Part shown: piece after piece, positions 33,261-34,800 of the stretch | Numbering within the stretch: the stretch's first letter is position 1 | How the letters are laid out: every line of letters begins with the position of its first letter | From: Sphacelaria rigidula | Taxonomy: Eukaryota | Reading direction: 5' to 3' | Length of the DNA: 34,800 nt | Assembly (NCBI GenBank): GCA_964200075.2 | Contig: CAXNAA020000023.1 | Span: 1-34,800 of the forward strand | Position numbers and translations under genes: made by a program | Notes under the pieces: generated by a model | Told to the model about the DNA's origin: nothing | Databases searched by the model: none | What the model saw: the letters and a program-made list of their open reading frames with translations, nothing else

Positions 33261-34273
33261 CCGTAAGTGTTGCCATGATATGCGATTACGAAATTTCACA
33301 TGTTTCAAGGAAAACCTCGATGAGGTCTACTGTAGCTAACACCCTGCCGACGACACTCGAGACGACATACAGATGATAAAACACAAAATACCCAGTCCCC
33401 TTCTGCATGAGTTACAGTTGGCTAGCAACATTTGCTAGCAACGTAGAACCTCAACATGTAACTGCAATGCTTCCACGTCATGACCCTCTGCCAGCCCACG
33501 CTCAAAACCATCCCGTGCCGTTTTCACTGTGACATTCAAACTTACACAGTCTTACGCCAACAGAGGAGAGGAAAAAAATCGGAACATAATCCGACATCTT
33601 TCCGCCCCATAACGCACGCACACACCGTGCAACCCCAGATTCAGCAACATGAGGTTGTTGTCTGTAGTCTACATGGCATGTGGTCAAAGTTTCAGCACGT
33701 AAAAACACGAACAGCGCTTGCACGGCCGTGTCTCCTGAAGTGAGCACCTCTACAGGCGATACCAAGATGGGTAAACCGCGTAGAATGACATCATCCAGAG
33801 TGTGCGCAATACGGATCGATGTGTTCGTTTGCCGGGGCAGGAGCCACCCAGCAGGAAGTGAGCGTATCTGCGTGTCAACATATGCATCCACTGACGTCTC
33901 ACGCAGTCTCACGCAGTCTGGGCCGAGGTGACTGCGTTTTGAGGGCGTATCGATGGATGGCATTGCCCAAAAAAATGTATTTTGCTTCGTGCGTCTAGCG
34001 CACCACGTAACTCGTGCCGCCGCTCCAGGAATATGCTGTCTGTGTTGTGGTCTACCTCTGTGCCAAGTTTCAGGCTTGATAGAACAGACACGGCGGAGAA
34101 ATCCACAAGCAAAATAACCCTTGATTGTACTGAAAATACAACACTAAACCCTGTTGAACCGTCGAAAGATACATGAAGTGCGTATGATTTTTGTATGCGG
34201 GAATCTTGGCAGTTGACTTGCTTTTTTCTTTGGCGTAAGACTGCTTTTTCTCTGCAACAACTCCAAATGCCCA

Positions 34274-34745
34274 GGCCAACTTTAATGGGAACCGTTCAAA
34301 AATCCTGTCGAGAACTGCCTTTCGGGTCCTTCTCCGTCGTTTTACGCCCGAAAAGAGGGCTAGGCGGACGTTGAAGCTTCGGAACGACTCGCTCCACTCG
34401 TTGAGACCCTTCTAAGGTAACTTGGCATTTCCCGCTGACCGCATCCTTGTTTTTGGCCAAATGACGCCGAACACGAATTGTCAGTAAAAAACGATCAGGT
34501 GATCAAAATTCCCCCCTGTTTTTTGAACGCTTGACCGTTTTTTGTTGAAAATGCGTGTTTGGCCAAAAATGCAAGTGCGGCCAGCTGGAAATGCACAGTT
34601 GCCTTGGAACGTCCTCAATGAGTAGAGAAAGTCATTCCAAGGCGTCAAAATCCGCCTGGCCCTTTTTTCAGGCGTAAAACGACGGAGAAGGGCCAAAAAG
34701 GCAGTTTTCAAGAGAAATTTTGAACGGCTTCCATTAGAGTCGGTC
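34274..34745. mobile_element. ~470-bp foldback (long palindromic) MITE; a second copy starts at ~34749 and runs off the window
   Basis: 34274-34510 is an imperfect reverse complement of 34519-34745 (e.g. CCTTCTCCGTCGTTTTACGCC / GGCGTAAAACGACGGAGAAGG); the copies are separated by TAA. Confidence 0.8.
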
Positions 34746-34800
34746 TAAGTCCAACTCTAATGGGAACCGTACAAAATTCCTGTCGAAAACTGCCTTCTGG

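Overview
Eukaryotic, intron-rich genomic DNA, most likely from a brown alga or related stramenopile. This is inferred from GC-rich exons, long repeat-filled GT-AG introns and a LINE 3' end I recall from Ectocarpales. No prokaryotic operon, rRNA, tRNA or CRISPR was seen. Manual splicing joins many of the apparently separate ORFs into one + strand gene of about 17 exons (6228-30010, 6552 nt CDS, about 2183 aa) with every intron phase consistent. The protein has an N-terminal GAL4-type Zn(II)2Cys6 cluster, a divergent SANT/Myb repeat, a C4 half-PHD-like zinc motif and a tandem R2R3-like Myb pair, separated by long Gly/Ser/Pro/Arg-rich low-complexity tracts. This composite multi-DNA-binding-domain transcription factor is the main finding; several of its domain exons are absent from the ORF track. 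Non-coding DNA, especially the 9.2-kb intron 14358-23520 and the upstream 6 kb, holds mobile-element debris. This includes ~100-bp TTAA-flanked piggyBac-like minis, Tourist/Harbinger-like MITEs, foldback elements, a truncated LINE ending in poly(C), a possible decayed tyrosine recombinase, minisatellites and microsatellites.
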